A DNA stretch of 64,000 nt from Planctomycetota bacterium (GCA_039184115.1 JBCDBK010000002.1:18071-82070); one strand, 5' to 3'; counted from the stretch's first letter, positions 18,741-29,141 are shown. A program made the numbers and translations. The notes: generated by a model from the letters alone, not told the origin.

Positions 18741-19580
18741 ATGAATTCTAACTCTGCAAACTTGCCGCTGCGTATTTTTCGTTCGCTAAAGTATCGCGGC
18801 GGACGGATGGTGTTCGGCAATTGGACCTCGCGCCGCGTGCGCGCGTACCTTGATCGCGAAGGGCTAACCGACCTGATCGCCCGCGCGGGTTCTGCGCTCG
18901 ACTCGACCGGTGCCGACGCATCGGACTACGCGCTGCTGCACTCCTTTGTTCGACACCGGAAACCTCAATATGTTCTAGAGTGTGGCACAGGTCTTACCAC
19001 GTGGGTAATCGCTGACGCACTAAAGAAGAACGTGGAAGAAAGTCAGCACTCTGCTTCAGTACCCATCGTAGTTTCGATGGAAGATAACGACGCTTGGTTC
19101 GATCAGGCAGATCGGTGTTTGCCAGCGGAGTTTCGTCCGTATGTTCAGCTGATCAAGTCCGGGCGAGTCTATGATCACTACAGCATAATATTCGGAGTGC
19201 GCTATGCTGAGATTCCCGATTATCCTTACGAATTGATGTGGGTTGACGGCCCTGTCGCACGGTACACAAGCAGCGAATTCAGTTGGGAAACCGAGGACTA
19301 TGAGCATATCGCCATCCTGGACCTCGTTCGCCTATTGCAACGTCGGAATCTGACACTGACGGTCCTGATCGACAACTTGAAACGCACACAAATGGCTTAC
19401 GCCTGCCTGTTTAAGCAGGGCACGATCAAATGCTATACGCACTGGAGCAATGTCGGTGTGCTGGACTCGGTCACCGCTAATGATTTGGTATTGAACACAG
19501 GGAGCTACATCCCAAACTTCGATCGTATCGTGCCGAAAGCCAAACCGTGGAAAGCGCCGCGCTTCTTCGACCAAAAGTAA
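18741..19580 (+). CDS. hypothetical protein, possible class I methyltransferase fold
   Basis: YVLECGTGLTTWVIADAL resembles SAM motif I (ExGxGxG). VVSMEDND and ELMWVDGP resemble the later motifs of O-methyltransferase-3-like enzymes. The functional assignment is weak. Confidence 0.4.
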   Translation: MNSNSANLPLRIFRSLKYRGGRMVFGNWTSRRVRAYLDREGLTDLIARAGSALDSTGADASDYALLHSFVRHRKPQYVLECGTGLTTWVIADALKKNVEESQHSASVPIVVSMEDNDAWFDQADRCLPAEFRPYVQLIKSGRVYDHYSIIFGVRYAEIPDYPYELMWVDGPVARYTSSEFSWETEDYEHIAILDLVRLLQRRNLTLTVLIDNLKRTQMAYACLFKQGTIKCYTHWSNVGVLDSVTANDLVLNTGSYIPNFDRIVPKAKPWKAPRFFDQK

Positions 19581-19648
19581 AGACTTGCAGAAGATTGCAG
19601 TGTGTCTGCCAAATGCCCCCTGTTCGGTAAGCTGAAGATTGTCATTGA

Positions 19649-21265
19649 GTGCACAAATCGGATTGCCGAGATTCTTCCATGATTAGCAAAGTCCTAAAGC
19701 GGCTGAGTTGGGGAACGAAACCAGAGGTCTTCGTGCGAGACTTCTTCGCTAACTTACCCCCCTGCCCTACCCCGAGCGGTCGTGTGCTGCAGTATGTCGG
19801 CATCAACTCGATGTACCTCACGCCGATGGAGATACTGCTCTACCACCTGCTGCGACAACGAGGCTACGAAGTCGATTATCTGATCTACGACCAGGCAGTT
19901 CCCATCAACGAGATTCTCACCAAACACCGTGAAGAGACTCAGGGCCGCGAGGCGTTCTTCGCAAAGAGTTACGCGAACGGGCAACGCCTGCTCGAAGCAG
20001 GTAATGTCGATTTCCAGCACATACCGATCTCCGAGGAAGCAAGACCAATAGCCGACAACCTGCCCGATCTCGAAGCGGTGCTTGGCTATCACTACGACGA
20101 CATTGACTTCGGCAACATTGTCAGCGGCGCGATGTATCGCTACTACAAGTCGCTCACGTTCGGGGATGGCGCCTTGGACATCGCTCGTCGAGCGCTCACG
20201 ACGGCGCTGAGCAACTACTTCTGTGTTCGTGATCGCTGCCAGCAGCGCGACTACGACTTTGTAGCTTTCTCACACGGCATTTACATGACCTGGCAGCCAG
20301 TGGTTGAGTTTTGCGCTCGCCATTCGATGCCTTATGTGTGCTACGACCGCGCGAAGACTCGCGACCACGGCAACTTCAACGTGAATCAACCCAGTCCCGA
20401 TTGGAGCATCGACACGGCCTGGCAACGTTATGGTCACCGCGAACTTGCCGCCGTCGAGACCGAGAAAGTTCACGAGTACCTTCGCGATCGCGAACTGCAA
20501 ACTGGCGATGTGTACGCCTACAATTCATCGAAGCGCGCCGAAGATCTGGCCAACGAACGAGCTCGTTTGGGTATTCCGGCAAATCGACGGATCGTGACGA
20601 TTTTCACGAATCTGATTTGGGACGCCGCGAACGTCTGTCGCGACGTGGCGTTTGACAGCGCCTTTGACTGCGTCGTGCAGACAATTCGGCATTTTCGCGG
20701 TAACGATGACGTGCAGATCGTCCTGCGCTCGCATCCTGCCGAAAAGGTGCTCGGTACGAGCGATCGATACGCCGATCTGGTGTTGGGGCATTTCAACGGC
20801 AAATTGCCGAGCAATGTCACCTTGATTCAACCGGAGGATGAGGTCAACTCGTTCACGATGATCGATCTGAGCGACATCGGCGTCGTCAACACATCGACCG
20901 TTGGCTTGGAGATGGCTGCGCTAGGCAAGCCGGTTCTGCTAATCGCGCAAACGCACTATCGCGGCAAGGGTTTTACGTATGACGTTGCGTCGAGCCAGGA
21001 GTACTTCGATCGACTTCAGGAGTTACTCACATCACCGACCGTCCTGCCCGATCAGGTGAAACTGGCGGAGAAGTACTTCTTCTTGATGATGTTCCGCTAT
21101 CAACAACATCTGCCAACCCGCTATTCCGCTGACGGGCAGTTCCGCGGCTATAGCGCCGCCACCTTTCGCGAGCTAAGTGGTGACGAGCCTCTAATCAAGA
21201 TTTGCGACCAACTACTTGAGGGTCAACCGACTGATTTCGTCGACTGGCCCGCAGCAGACGACTAG
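19649..21265 (+). CDS. hypothetical protein, possible KpsS/KpsC-like (Capsule_synth) glycosyltransferase
   Basis: A long ORF with good coding appearance; an alternative ATG lies at 19679. Segments AFSHGIYMTWQPVVEFC, VLRSHPAEK and VNTSTVGLEMAALGKPVLL recall capsule-synthesis (CMP-Kdo transferase-like) proteins. The CDS call is confident; the function is not. Confidence 0.45.
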   Translation: MHKSDCRDSSMISKVLKRLSWGTKPEVFVRDFFANLPPCPTPSGRVLQYVGINSMYLTPMEILLYHLLRQRGYEVDYLIYDQAVPINEILTKHREETQGREAFFAKSYANGQRLLEAGNVDFQHIPISEEARPIADNLPDLEAVLGYHYDDIDFGNIVSGAMYRYYKSLTFGDGALDIARRALTTALSNYFCVRDRCQQRDYDFVAFSHGIYMTWQPVVEFCARHSMPYVCYDRAKTRDHGNFNVNQPSPDWSIDTAWQRYGHRELAAVETEKVHEYLRDRELQTGDVYAYNSSKRAEDLANERARLGIPANRRIVTIFTNLIWDAANVCRDVAFDSAFDCVVQTIRHFRGNDDVQIVLRSHPAEKVLGTSDRYADLVLGHFNGKLPSNVTLIQPEDEVNSFTMIDLSDIGVVNTSTVGLEMAALGKPVLLIAQTHYRGKGFTYDVASSQEYFDRLQELLTSPTVLPDQVKLAEKYFFLMMFRYQQHLPTRYSADGQFRGYSAATFRELSGDEPLIKICDQLLEGQPTDFVDWPAADD

Positions 21266-21269
21266 CTGA

Positions 21270-22862
21270 TTGTCAGACACCCTTATGTCGGCTGAGAACA
21301 AACTTCCGCTCAAATCGATCAGCCTGATCACGGCGATCAAGCTGCTCGCCGCTTGCGTGGGACTGCTGCAGACCATCGCCCTGGCATCGCTGTTCGGAGC
21401 GACGCGGACGATCGAGGTGTTCTTTGCGGCGCTCACATTTCAGCAACTTCTTGCCGCACTGACATCGTCCGGCCAGATTGGCGATCTATTCACGCCCATC
21501 TATCACGACATCAAGGTGTCACATGGATCGCGCGAAGCGTGGGCCGCTTTCTCAGCCATGACCAATGTCATGCTCCTATTTGCTTCAATCGTAGCCGTTG
21601 GTGCGGCGCTGTTAGCGAGACCGATCTCCGCAGCGCTTGTGCCAGGATTCGCTACAGAAGACTTGGAGCTCACGCAAAAAGTTTTCTTGTCTGTTGCTCC
21701 TCTCATTGTCGTGATGATTGGCAACAGCATGCTTTCAAACCTACTCCGTGCCGAGCACAGGTATGGGCTCACCGAATCATTGCAGTTAGCGGGCCGGGTC
21801 GCAAATCTTGTGATTCTCCTCGGACTGGCGCCGCTCGTGGGCGTTTGGGCTCTGATTGTCGGGATGTGGGTGTCAGCAATTATTCTGGCGATTGGCCAGA
21901 TCTGGGACATGTACCGCAACGGAGGTGAATACAAGTTCGTACTTAGTACCAGTGCTTTCCAACCTCGCACGGTCCTCTGCAAGATCCCCCTGTCCTTGAC
22001 ACACGTGTTTGCAGCACAATTCTTCACTTTCGCGTTGACTGCCGGCCTTTCATTGCTCCCTGAGGGCAGCTACGCCGCTTTTAGCTATGCTCAGCGCCTT
22101 CGCGCCAAATTTCAGGGCCTTGTCCTGCAGCCAGTCGGTATCGTTTTCTTCAATCACTTTTCCGAAAGCCTCTCGCAAGGCGCAACCAAGGTGCGTAGCT
22201 TTGCAGAACACGCGCTCGGCTTGACGCTCGCGGTGACGGCATTCAGTCTGGCCCCGATTGTCGCCAGTGGCGACTTGCTGCTGGCCGGATTGTGGGGTGG
22301 GCCAGACTTTCCGCCAGAGCGAATCGCTCAAACCCATTATGTTCTGTGTGCGTTGACCGCACTCCTGGCGATCAACGCTCAGTACCTCATCGCGCGTAGA
22401 ACCAACTTGGCCCTTAAGATCGTTGGTCCACAGTTTGCTGCCTCCAGCAGCGTCATTACCTGTACGGGTTTTGCCTGCTACTGGCTTATTCCCGCCTACG
22501 GGTTGCCTGGAGTTGTGGCGCTGCAGATTGCGACCGCCGCCGGAACTGCCCTGACTTCCCTGGGTGTTTTGGCCCACTACCGGCGCGAGTTATTGTGCCT
22601 GCTGCCACTAAAGCAGACGATGCAATGGATAGTCACTGTCGCGATAACCATTTGCGTCGTCTGGACCGGCCGGCATTTCATCGGGCCTGTTGCAGACGTG
22701 CCTGCAGCCACACAACTGGTTGCCGGCGGGCTATGGGCAATCGCGAGTGTATTGATTACTTGCGCCGTAGCCCACTGTCTTGGGATCAGAGAATTCCACG
22801 ACCTCTCTGAGAAAGTGTTGGCTCGGTCGCGTCGATTGCTCGCGCAGGGAGCAAAGGCGTAG
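21270..22862 (+). CDS. MurJ/MviN-like MOP-superfamily polysaccharide flippase
   Basis: About 14 predicted TM helices. The N-terminus ITAIKLLAACVGLLQTIALASLFGATRTIEVFFAALTFQQLL is typical of the MurJ/MVF family. Confidence 0.8.
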   Translation: MSDTLMSAENKLPLKSISLITAIKLLAACVGLLQTIALASLFGATRTIEVFFAALTFQQLLAALTSSGQIGDLFTPIYHDIKVSHGSREAWAAFSAMTNVMLLFASIVAVGAALLARPISAALVPGFATEDLELTQKVFLSVAPLIVVMIGNSMLSNLLRAEHRYGLTESLQLAGRVANLVILLGLAPLVGVWALIVGMWVSAIILAIGQIWDMYRNGGEYKFVLSTSAFQPRTVLCKIPLSLTHVFAAQFFTFALTAGLSLLPEGSYAAFSYAQRLRAKFQGLVLQPVGIVFFNHFSESLSQGATKVRSFAEHALGLTLAVTAFSLAPIVASGDLLLAGLWGGPDFPPERIAQTHYVLCALTALLAINAQYLIARRTNLALKIVGPQFAASSSVITCTGFACYWLIPAYGLPGVVALQIATAAGTALTSLGVLAHYRRELLCLLPLKQTMQWIVTVAITICVVWTGRHFIGPVADVPAATQLVAGGLWAIASVLITCAVAHCLGIREFHDLSEKVLARSRRLLAQGAKA

Positions 22863-23389
22863 TGCAGCTTGAGAAGCACCTCTCGGGTCTCTACAACGCA
22901 GTCTTCGGTAGGCTACCCTCGAGAACCATTCGTAGAATGCTGTTGCAGCGTTTGCTGGGTAGCGTCGCGAAAACCAGCTTCGTCGGGATACGTACGCAAC
23001 TGGCTGACCCATGGAACATCCATTTGGCCGCGCGCGCGGTCGTCAACCACGATTGCCATCTCGACGGGCGCGGCGGCGATCTCACCATCGGCGAAGACGC
23101 TGATATCGGTCCCTATACACACATTTGGACGCTAGAACACGAACCAAGCGACCCACAGCACGGCACGAAGCACGCTCCAGTTACGATCGAACATCACGCT
23201 TGGATCGCATCACGAGTAACTATTCTCCCCGGAGTGACCATCGGCGCCGGGGCCGTGGTCGCAGCCGGCGCGGTCGTCACCCGCGACGTCGCGCCCAAGG
23301 CGATCGTGGCCGGCATACCGGCCGAGCCGATCGGCGAGCGCACGAACGACCTCGACTACCAACTCAGTTTCAATCCACGGTGGCGTTAG
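22862..23389 (+). CDS. hexapeptide-repeat acetyltransferase
   Basis: HAWIASRVTILPGVTIGAGAVVAAGAVVTRDVAPKAIVAGIPAEPIGER. The GTG start overlaps the upstream TAG by one base. Confidence 0.85.
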   Translation: MQLEKHLSGLYNAVFGRLPSRTIRRMLLQRLLGSVAKTSFVGIRTQLADPWNIHLAARAVVNHDCHLDGRGGDLTIGEDADIGPYTHIWTLEHEPSDPQHGTKHAPVTIEHHAWIASRVTILPGVTIGAGAVVAAGAVVTRDVAPKAIVAGIPAEPIGERTNDLDYQLSFNPRWR

Positions 23390-23395
23390 TCGACG

Positions 23396-24484
23396 ATGGA
23401 TGTCTCAAAGGAAATTACCGTCGGCTCATTTCCGTTCGCTCCCGGATTCAATCCTTATCAAACCCTGTTTGCAAAGGCACTCGAGTCCGCCGGGATGTCA
23501 GTCCGTCGTATCCCGCCCACCAAATGGTTCCCGCTGTCGCAGGCTTGCAGCGAGCCGATCGACGTGCTGCATTTGGACTGGCACCACGACTGGTACCGAG
23601 GAAAAAACCGTATGACGCAAGTCATCAAGTCGGTGATGTATCGTCACGGACTGCGACAGTGTCGTCGACTTCCGGTCGTGTGGACGGCTCATAACCTTGT
23701 GAGCCACGATTCACCAGACGCACAGCTCGATCAAAGCTGCACGCAAAAGCTGATCGATGCCTGCCAAGGAATCGTGGTCATGTCTGACGTTGCCGAGACC
23801 TTGCTGCGCAGCCAGTACAAGGTGCCTAAGCACGTGCGCACGATAAAAGTCTATCACGGTCACTACATCGACTATTATCCGAACGAGATTTCGCGCGAAT
23901 CGGCGCGCGCGAAACTGGGCATCGGGCCAGAGGAATTTGTTTGCCTCACACCGGGCTCGCTGCGCCCCTACAAGGGCCATCTCGCACTCGTTGACGCTTT
24001 TGGTGCAAGCTGTCGACCGGCGGATCGGCTGATTCTGGCAGGCGCTGCCACCGACACCGCCTACTTGGCGCAGCTGTCGGAGCATATCGAATCCGTCACC
24101 AGCGAAACACACGCGACCATCGACATCTTTCCCGATACCATCGTTGACCAGCAGTGGCAAATCTACTTCAATGCCGCTGACGTCTGCGTCTTGCCATTCC
24201 AAAATATCTTGAATTCAGGCAGTCTGTTGCTCGCCATGAGCTTTGGTAAGCCGGTAGTTGCGCCGAAGATTGGCTCAATCCCAGAGATCGCGGACCCCGA
24301 TTCGTACATCGGCTACGAAACGCGCGACGAGAACGGCCTGCAGCGGGCGATTGCAAACAGTCGAGATCGGTTCTACGGAACTTCCGATCAAGCGCAAATC
24401 GTCCAACGCACGCGCGATCGCTATTCGTGGGAGAAGACTGGCAAGCAACTTAATGACTTCTACGAGAGACTCCTCGCAGGTTAG
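23396..24484 (+). CDS. GT-B fold glycosyltransferase (GT1/GT4-like)
   Basis: The C-terminal nucleotide-sugar-binding half contains VCVLPFQNILNSGSLLLAMSFGKPVVAPKIGSIPEI. Confidence 0.7.
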   Translation: MDVSKEITVGSFPFAPGFNPYQTLFAKALESAGMSVRRIPPTKWFPLSQACSEPIDVLHLDWHHDWYRGKNRMTQVIKSVMYRHGLRQCRRLPVVWTAHNLVSHDSPDAQLDQSCTQKLIDACQGIVVMSDVAETLLRSQYKVPKHVRTIKVYHGHYIDYYPNEISRESARAKLGIGPEEFVCLTPGSLRPYKGHLALVDAFGASCRPADRLILAGAATDTAYLAQLSEHIESVTSETHATIDIFPDTIVDQQWQIYFNAADVCVLPFQNILNSGSLLLAMSFGKPVVAPKIGSIPEIADPDSYIGYETRDENGLQRAIANSRDRFYGTSDQAQIVQRTRDRYSWEKTGKQLNDFYERLLAG

Positions 24485-24512
24485 CGTCGGTAACCCGAAG
24501 AAGACAGCTTTG

Positions 24513-25289
24513 ATGCATTTAGTGCGACGAATTGGAAGGCTCTTGCCCAAGCCTTACCGCAGCTGGGTCCGGCATTCTGTCACTCGCCTCGTCGGTAGTG
24601 TTCCGTATCCACCTAATGCGCATTGCAATATCTGCGGCAGAGTTTCGTTTCGGTTCTTTCCCTTTCGTTCACGAAAACATGCGATGTGTTCCGGATGCTT
24701 CTCACTGGAACGTCATCGACTGCTGATCGACTACATCGAATGCGAACTACCCGCGATGCTTAACGACTCTTGCCAGATTCTCCACTTGGCCGCCGAGGCT
24801 TGCGTCAGCTGGCGAGTTCGACAGAACGCGAACGCTACGTATGTAACCGCAGACAACATGTCGCAATTCATCGACGGACTCGAAGAGGCGCCCGACCATG
24901 TCATGGACATCACCGATCTGAACTTCGAGGACGAAACCTTCGACTATGTGATCTGTTACCACGTTCTCGAACACGTCCCAGACGATCAGCAGGGCATGGG
25001 AGAACTCTACCGCGTGCTCAAGCAAGGCGGTGTGGGGCTGATCAACGTGCCGCTGCGTCGAGAATCGAGCCAAACCCTGGAAGACACCACACTCAACGAC
25101 GAGCAGCGGGCGCTGCAATATGGTGCCGCCGATCATCTCCGATACTACGGCGTGGACGACTTTAAGAGTCGCCTCGAACGGGCAGGTTTTACCGTCATGG
25201 TCCGCGACTACGGTCGAGAAACGGAACTTGACGAAGTAAAGAATGGCATCATGACGCATGAAAAAATCGTTGTATCAACCAAAGCCTAG
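24513..25289 (+). CDS. class I SAM-dependent methyltransferase (Methyltransf_11-like) with N-terminal zinc-ribbon
   Basis: Track ORF 24258..25289, trimmed to ATG 24513, just after the upstream stop at 24484. A CNIC...CSGC ribbon precedes FDYVICYHVLEHVPDDQQGMGELYRVLKQGGVGLINVP. Confidence 0.8.
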   Translation: MHLVRRIGRLLPKPYRSWVRHSVTRLVGSVPYPPNAHCNICGRVSFRFFPFRSRKHAMCSGCFSLERHRLLIDYIECELPAMLNDSCQILHLAAEACVSWRVRQNANATYVTADNMSQFIDGLEEAPDHVMDITDLNFEDETFDYVICYHVLEHVPDDQQGMGELYRVLKQGGVGLINVPLRRESSQTLEDTTLNDEQRALQYGAADHLRYYGVDDFKSRLERAGFTVMVRDYGRETELDEVKNGIMTHEKIVVSTKA

Positions 25290-25389
25290 CGCGGCAGCTA
25301 ACACTGAACGTCAACGCACAATCAATCCGTAACCTATTGGGAGTCAACGAATCCCAACGATGCGTCACGCGACTTGAGCAACGCCGGGG

Positions 25390-26529
25390 ATGGCTCCTAC
25401 GTTGACCAAACCTCGTGTGCTATTCGTCACGACCACTTTTGATGACGTAACCAATGGCCCGGGCGTTTACACGCAGAACCTCTGGAACTTCTTCGCAGAC
25501 GATCTCGAGATCGAGTTCCATGTCGTCGCATTGCAATCGAAGACCCGACACGACCACCTTCACCTGCTCGGTCGCCGTCCACGTGGCTTTGGATCTGCTA
25601 CCTACAATGCGATTTGTGAGCTTGCCAAGCAGGTACTGCAGCGCCTTGGATCAAAGACGATCTTGCATGCGAATATGGCGCACCTCATCACGCCCGAGCT
25701 GGCAGAGTCTTGTCGTTCCCTGGTGCAAGTCAATGACACGGAGGTGTGCTGCTGGAAGCCCTCGCTGGCCAATCTTCGTCGGTACGGTTTGCGACGCAAC
25801 GCCGCGCTTTGCTGGCGGAAACAGCGAGAACAGTCAGTCGTAAGCCGAGCTGAGAAAACGATTTGCAACTCTCGCTTTACCGCAGATACCATTCGAGATG
25901 CATACAGGTTGCCAGCCGAACGCATCAGCATGATCTACAAAGCCGTCAACCTCGACGTCTACCGGTCTGCCAAAGTCGAATGCGATACCGCCGCGGAGCA
26001 AATCGTTTTCGTAGGGAGCAACTGGCGCAGAAAAGGACTGGATACGTTGCTAGAAGCAATGAAACTGCTGGAAGACCCGTACCCATCCGTGCAGTTGAAG
26101 GTGGTCGGCGATCCAGGCTCTACCGCTCGCGCCGAGTACGAGGGCATGGCAGCCACGCTCGGCATTGACGATCGCGTCCAATTCGTCGGCGCCGTGGGTC
26201 GAGACGAAATGCCTCAGCTGCTTGCAAGTTCTACCCTATTGGCGTTACCAAGCTATGAAGAGGCATTAGGATTGGCAGCTATCGAGGCGCTTGCCGCAGG
26301 AATACCGGTGGTTGCTTCCCACGTCGGTGGACTTCCAGAGATCGTCCGAAGCGACACCCATGGCCAAATCGTGCGACCAGGATCGCCAAGCGAGTTAGCC
26401 AACGCCATCGAGAATGTGCTACGCGCGCCGCAGTCATCGACTTTGCGAGCCAACAGACAACAATCGGTTGAGTGTTTCGGGTTACCCCGTCTCGAGACGG
26501 AGTTGCGCCAACTTTATCTGGAGATGTAG
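25390..26529 (+). CDS. glycosyltransferase family 4
   Basis: ALPSYEEALGLAAIEALAAGIPVVASHVGGLPEIV is the EX7E-type GT4 signature. Confidence 0.9.
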   Translation: MAPTLTKPRVLFVTTTFDDVTNGPGVYTQNLWNFFADDLEIEFHVVALQSKTRHDHLHLLGRRPRGFGSATYNAICELAKQVLQRLGSKTILHANMAHLITPELAESCRSLVQVNDTEVCCWKPSLANLRRYGLRRNAALCWRKQREQSVVSRAEKTICNSRFTADTIRDAYRLPAERISMIYKAVNLDVYRSAKVECDTAAEQIVFVGSNWRRKGLDTLLEAMKLLEDPYPSVQLKVVGDPGSTARAEYEGMAATLGIDDRVQFVGAVGRDEMPQLLASSTLLALPSYEEALGLAAIEALAAGIPVVASHVGGLPEIVRSDTHGQIVRPGSPSELANAIENVLRAPQSSTLRANRQQSVECFGLPRLETELRQLYLEM

Positions 26530-26647
26530 CGATCGCAGCGACGCCCTACATCGTCGTGGCACAACGAGAAACACGGTGTTCGTCCAGGGCGAGTGAATTT
26601 CGCGACGCCTCGGCGTCGGCTGGCATAACCTCGCGATACAAGACTCC

Positions 26648-27958
26648 ATGACCATTCCTCCAAGTTCAACGATCGGCAACACCGCGGCCGAACAGACCGG
26701 CGTGACATCAAGGCGGCTAGCCGCTCGAATCGACGCCGTCCAGCCAAGTCCTCTTGCTGGCGCTGCGGTGGCATTTCTGTTTCTTAGCAGCGGTATTGGT
26801 CTGCTGTTGGGAGAGCTCGGTTCTTCTGCGAGCCAATACCTGGTGCAGTTTCTTGGACCCGTTGGGCTTTGGCTTGCAGCCACCGTGCTGAACCGACAGC
26901 CGATCTCTTCGGCAGACTCGCACCGGCTGAACCTGGCCCTGATATTTGTGTCCACTATGGCCTGTCTTTCCGCGACTTCTAACCTTTTTGATCCGGTGCT
27001 CAATGATCGCGCATTGCTGGCATGCCTGATGAAGACGGGCGGAATGGTATTCGTATTTACTGCGATGGCTCGATACGCGTCTTGCTTTACCGAAGGCGAG
27101 GTCCGATTCGGTTTGACCCTTTTTGCAGCGCTCGAGTTTGCCTCGATAGGAATCGCCTATTTGGCCGGGCTGGGCATCAATGAGAACGCCGTGGGGGTGC
27201 GCCTCGCGACCAGCGGGCTGGTCTTCTATTCGCTCAAGCCACCGACGCTCGCAAAACGTGTGACATGGCTGACGTCTCTGGCTGCGGCATTCTGGCTACA
27301 ATGTCGGACAAGCATGGTCGCGTCTGTGGCAGCCGTCGTCGCTCAGCATCTTGAGAAGAAAACGCGCGGTGCCCGCGGTTCGCTGATTGCGATGGCTATC
27401 GTCGCTATTCTCACACTGACCGTCCTGGGCAACGAAATTGCCGATGGCTTGCACAACGCTGCGCTGCGGAATCTACACTCTTCTAACCCGATCGCACGGT
27501 TCTTCCTTAGTGACAAGAGCAGAGACGATCTATCAGGCGACTTTCTTGATCGCACTGAGGTATGGGCTGTCATGTTCCAGAAGGTTATGGACCGGCCACT
27601 GTTGGGTTACGGCATCGGTTCAGAAGCGGCTCTGTTTCGCATGCGATCGCACAACGCCTATCTGAGCCTCTTGGTCGAAGGAGGTGTCGGATTTCTACTC
27701 GGGTGGTTGGCCGTTTATGGCACCTTCGTCTATCAAACGTGCGATCTACGCTGGACCTCCAGATTCGCGGACACCTCGATTGGACGATGCCAGGTGGTAC
27801 TTTTTTCGTACCTGGTTCTCGCTGCCGCCGTCGAATCTTCAGGTGTCGGGTCCATCGCGACGCCGAACAACGCGATCTTTATGTTCTGTACGATCTGGGT
27901 GGCATCACGGCTGGCACTAGTGAATTCGGCAGATCCAGAGACGAGCCGGCAGTCCTAG
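26648..27958 (+). CDS. Wzy-like O-antigen polymerase/ligase family membrane protein
   Basis: About 10 or more TM helices. The family loop and helix read PLLGYGIGSEAALFRMRSHNAYLSLLVEGGVGFLLGWL. Confidence 0.75.
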   Translation: MTIPPSSTIGNTAAEQTGVTSRRLAARIDAVQPSPLAGAAVAFLFLSSGIGLLLGELGSSASQYLVQFLGPVGLWLAATVLNRQPISSADSHRLNLALIFVSTMACLSATSNLFDPVLNDRALLACLMKTGGMVFVFTAMARYASCFTEGEVRFGLTLFAALEFASIGIAYLAGLGINENAVGVRLATSGLVFYSLKPPTLAKRVTWLTSLAAAFWLQCRTSMVASVAAVVAQHLEKKTRGARGSLIAMAIVAILTLTVLGNEIADGLHNAALRNLHSSNPIARFFLSDKSRDDLSGDFLDRTEVWAVMFQKVMDRPLLGYGIGSEAALFRMRSHNAYLSLLVEGGVGFLLGWLAVYGTFVYQTCDLRWTSRFADTSIGRCQVVLFSYLVLAAAVESSGVGSIATPNNAIFMFCTIWVASRLALVNSADPETSRQS

Positions 27959-27971
27959 AGTCCGCCGACGA

Positions 27972-29141
27972 ATGCAAGCAACACAGGCGATCGTTCTGTC
28001 ACCCGCATGGCCCGGGAGTACCTACGGATACGAACTGGCGATTGCTTCCTCACTCGCAAGCTACGCGCGCACTTATAGGCGAGTGTTGTTCTGCTGCATC
28101 ACGGAAGATCCGAAGCCTCCCAGCGCTTGGCCGAATGTCGAACTCGTCCATGTGCCGATTCGAAAACCGAGCAAAGCGCTCCGCTTTTTCAAGAGCCTTG
28201 CGTCGTCGTCTCCGGCAATCACGCAGCTATTTAGGTCCCCAGGCGTAAGTAGAGCAATCGCTCTCGAAGTCGGTCGGCGCGATCTTCTTAATGAGCGCAC
28301 GGACATTATCTTCGAAGACCTCCCCGTCGCAAGCCTCGCCCAGGCATTCCGGACGGAGGATGATGACAACCGCTTCGTCATGCGCAGCCATAACGTGGTC
28401 AGCGAGGCTTTTGAAGGTTTTGAAGCCACTGGCAATTTGCTTTCTCGCCTTGCTTGGAAGTATGAAAACGCCAGAATACGCCGATTCGAAAAGCATGTGC
28501 TGGAAAGTTGCGACTCCGTTTACACAATTACCGCACGCGATCTCAATGAATACCGGCGACGGTACCAATTCGAGGCCGACGGTGTGCTCGGAGTCGACTT
28601 TGATCAATCTTCTCTTGCCGAAAAGGCCCAGTTCGTCGAAATTGCAGAGGATCCGCTGGCGATTGTTCACCTGGGCACTGTCGACCTAAGAAAGGGTCAC
28701 GGTATCCGAGAGTTCGTTGAGCAAGTTTTCCGACCACTTCGCGTGACGATGCCCGCGTTGCGACTCGTGCTCGGTGGCAGGAATAGTGAGCAGTATCACA
28801 GCGCTGACAACAACATCGAAGGACATGGATTTATCGACGACGAGGGCGATTTCCTCTGCAAAGGAAGGATCTTTGTCAATCCGCAGAAACTTGGAACCGG
28901 CGTGAAGATTAAGAGCCTGGTCGCGATGAGCTATGGTCGAGTCCTCGTCACGACACCCAAAGGCATCGAAGGCATCGATGCCGTCAACGGCGAGCATTGC
29001 TTTGTTGCTAAAAACAACGACGATATGGTGACGTGCCTGCAACATCTGATGGACTCACCCGACGAAGTCGCCCGAGTTAGCCACAACGCCTACAACTTTG
29101 TGCTCGAAAACTACTGCCGACCTGGCGACGCGCAAGCATAG
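27972..29141 (+). CDS. GT-B fold glycosyltransferase (GT4-like)
   Basis: The C-terminal half contains FVNPQKLGTGVKIKSLVAMSYGRVLVTTPKGIEGI. Confidence 0.7.
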   Translation: MQATQAIVLSPAWPGSTYGYELAIASSLASYARTYRRVLFCCITEDPKPPSAWPNVELVHVPIRKPSKALRFFKSLASSSPAITQLFRSPGVSRAIALEVGRRDLLNERTDIIFEDLPVASLAQAFRTEDDDNRFVMRSHNVVSEAFEGFEATGNLLSRLAWKYENARIRRFEKHVLESCDSVYTITARDLNEYRRRYQFEADGVLGVDFDQSSLAEKAQFVEIAEDPLAIVHLGTVDLRKGHGIREFVEQVFRPLRVTMPALRLVLGGRNSEQYHSADNNIEGHGFIDDEGDFLCKGRIFVNPQKLGTGVKIKSLVAMSYGRVLVTTPKGIEGIDAVNGEHCFVAKNNDDMVTCLQHLMDSPDEVARVSHNAYNFVLENYCRPGDAQA

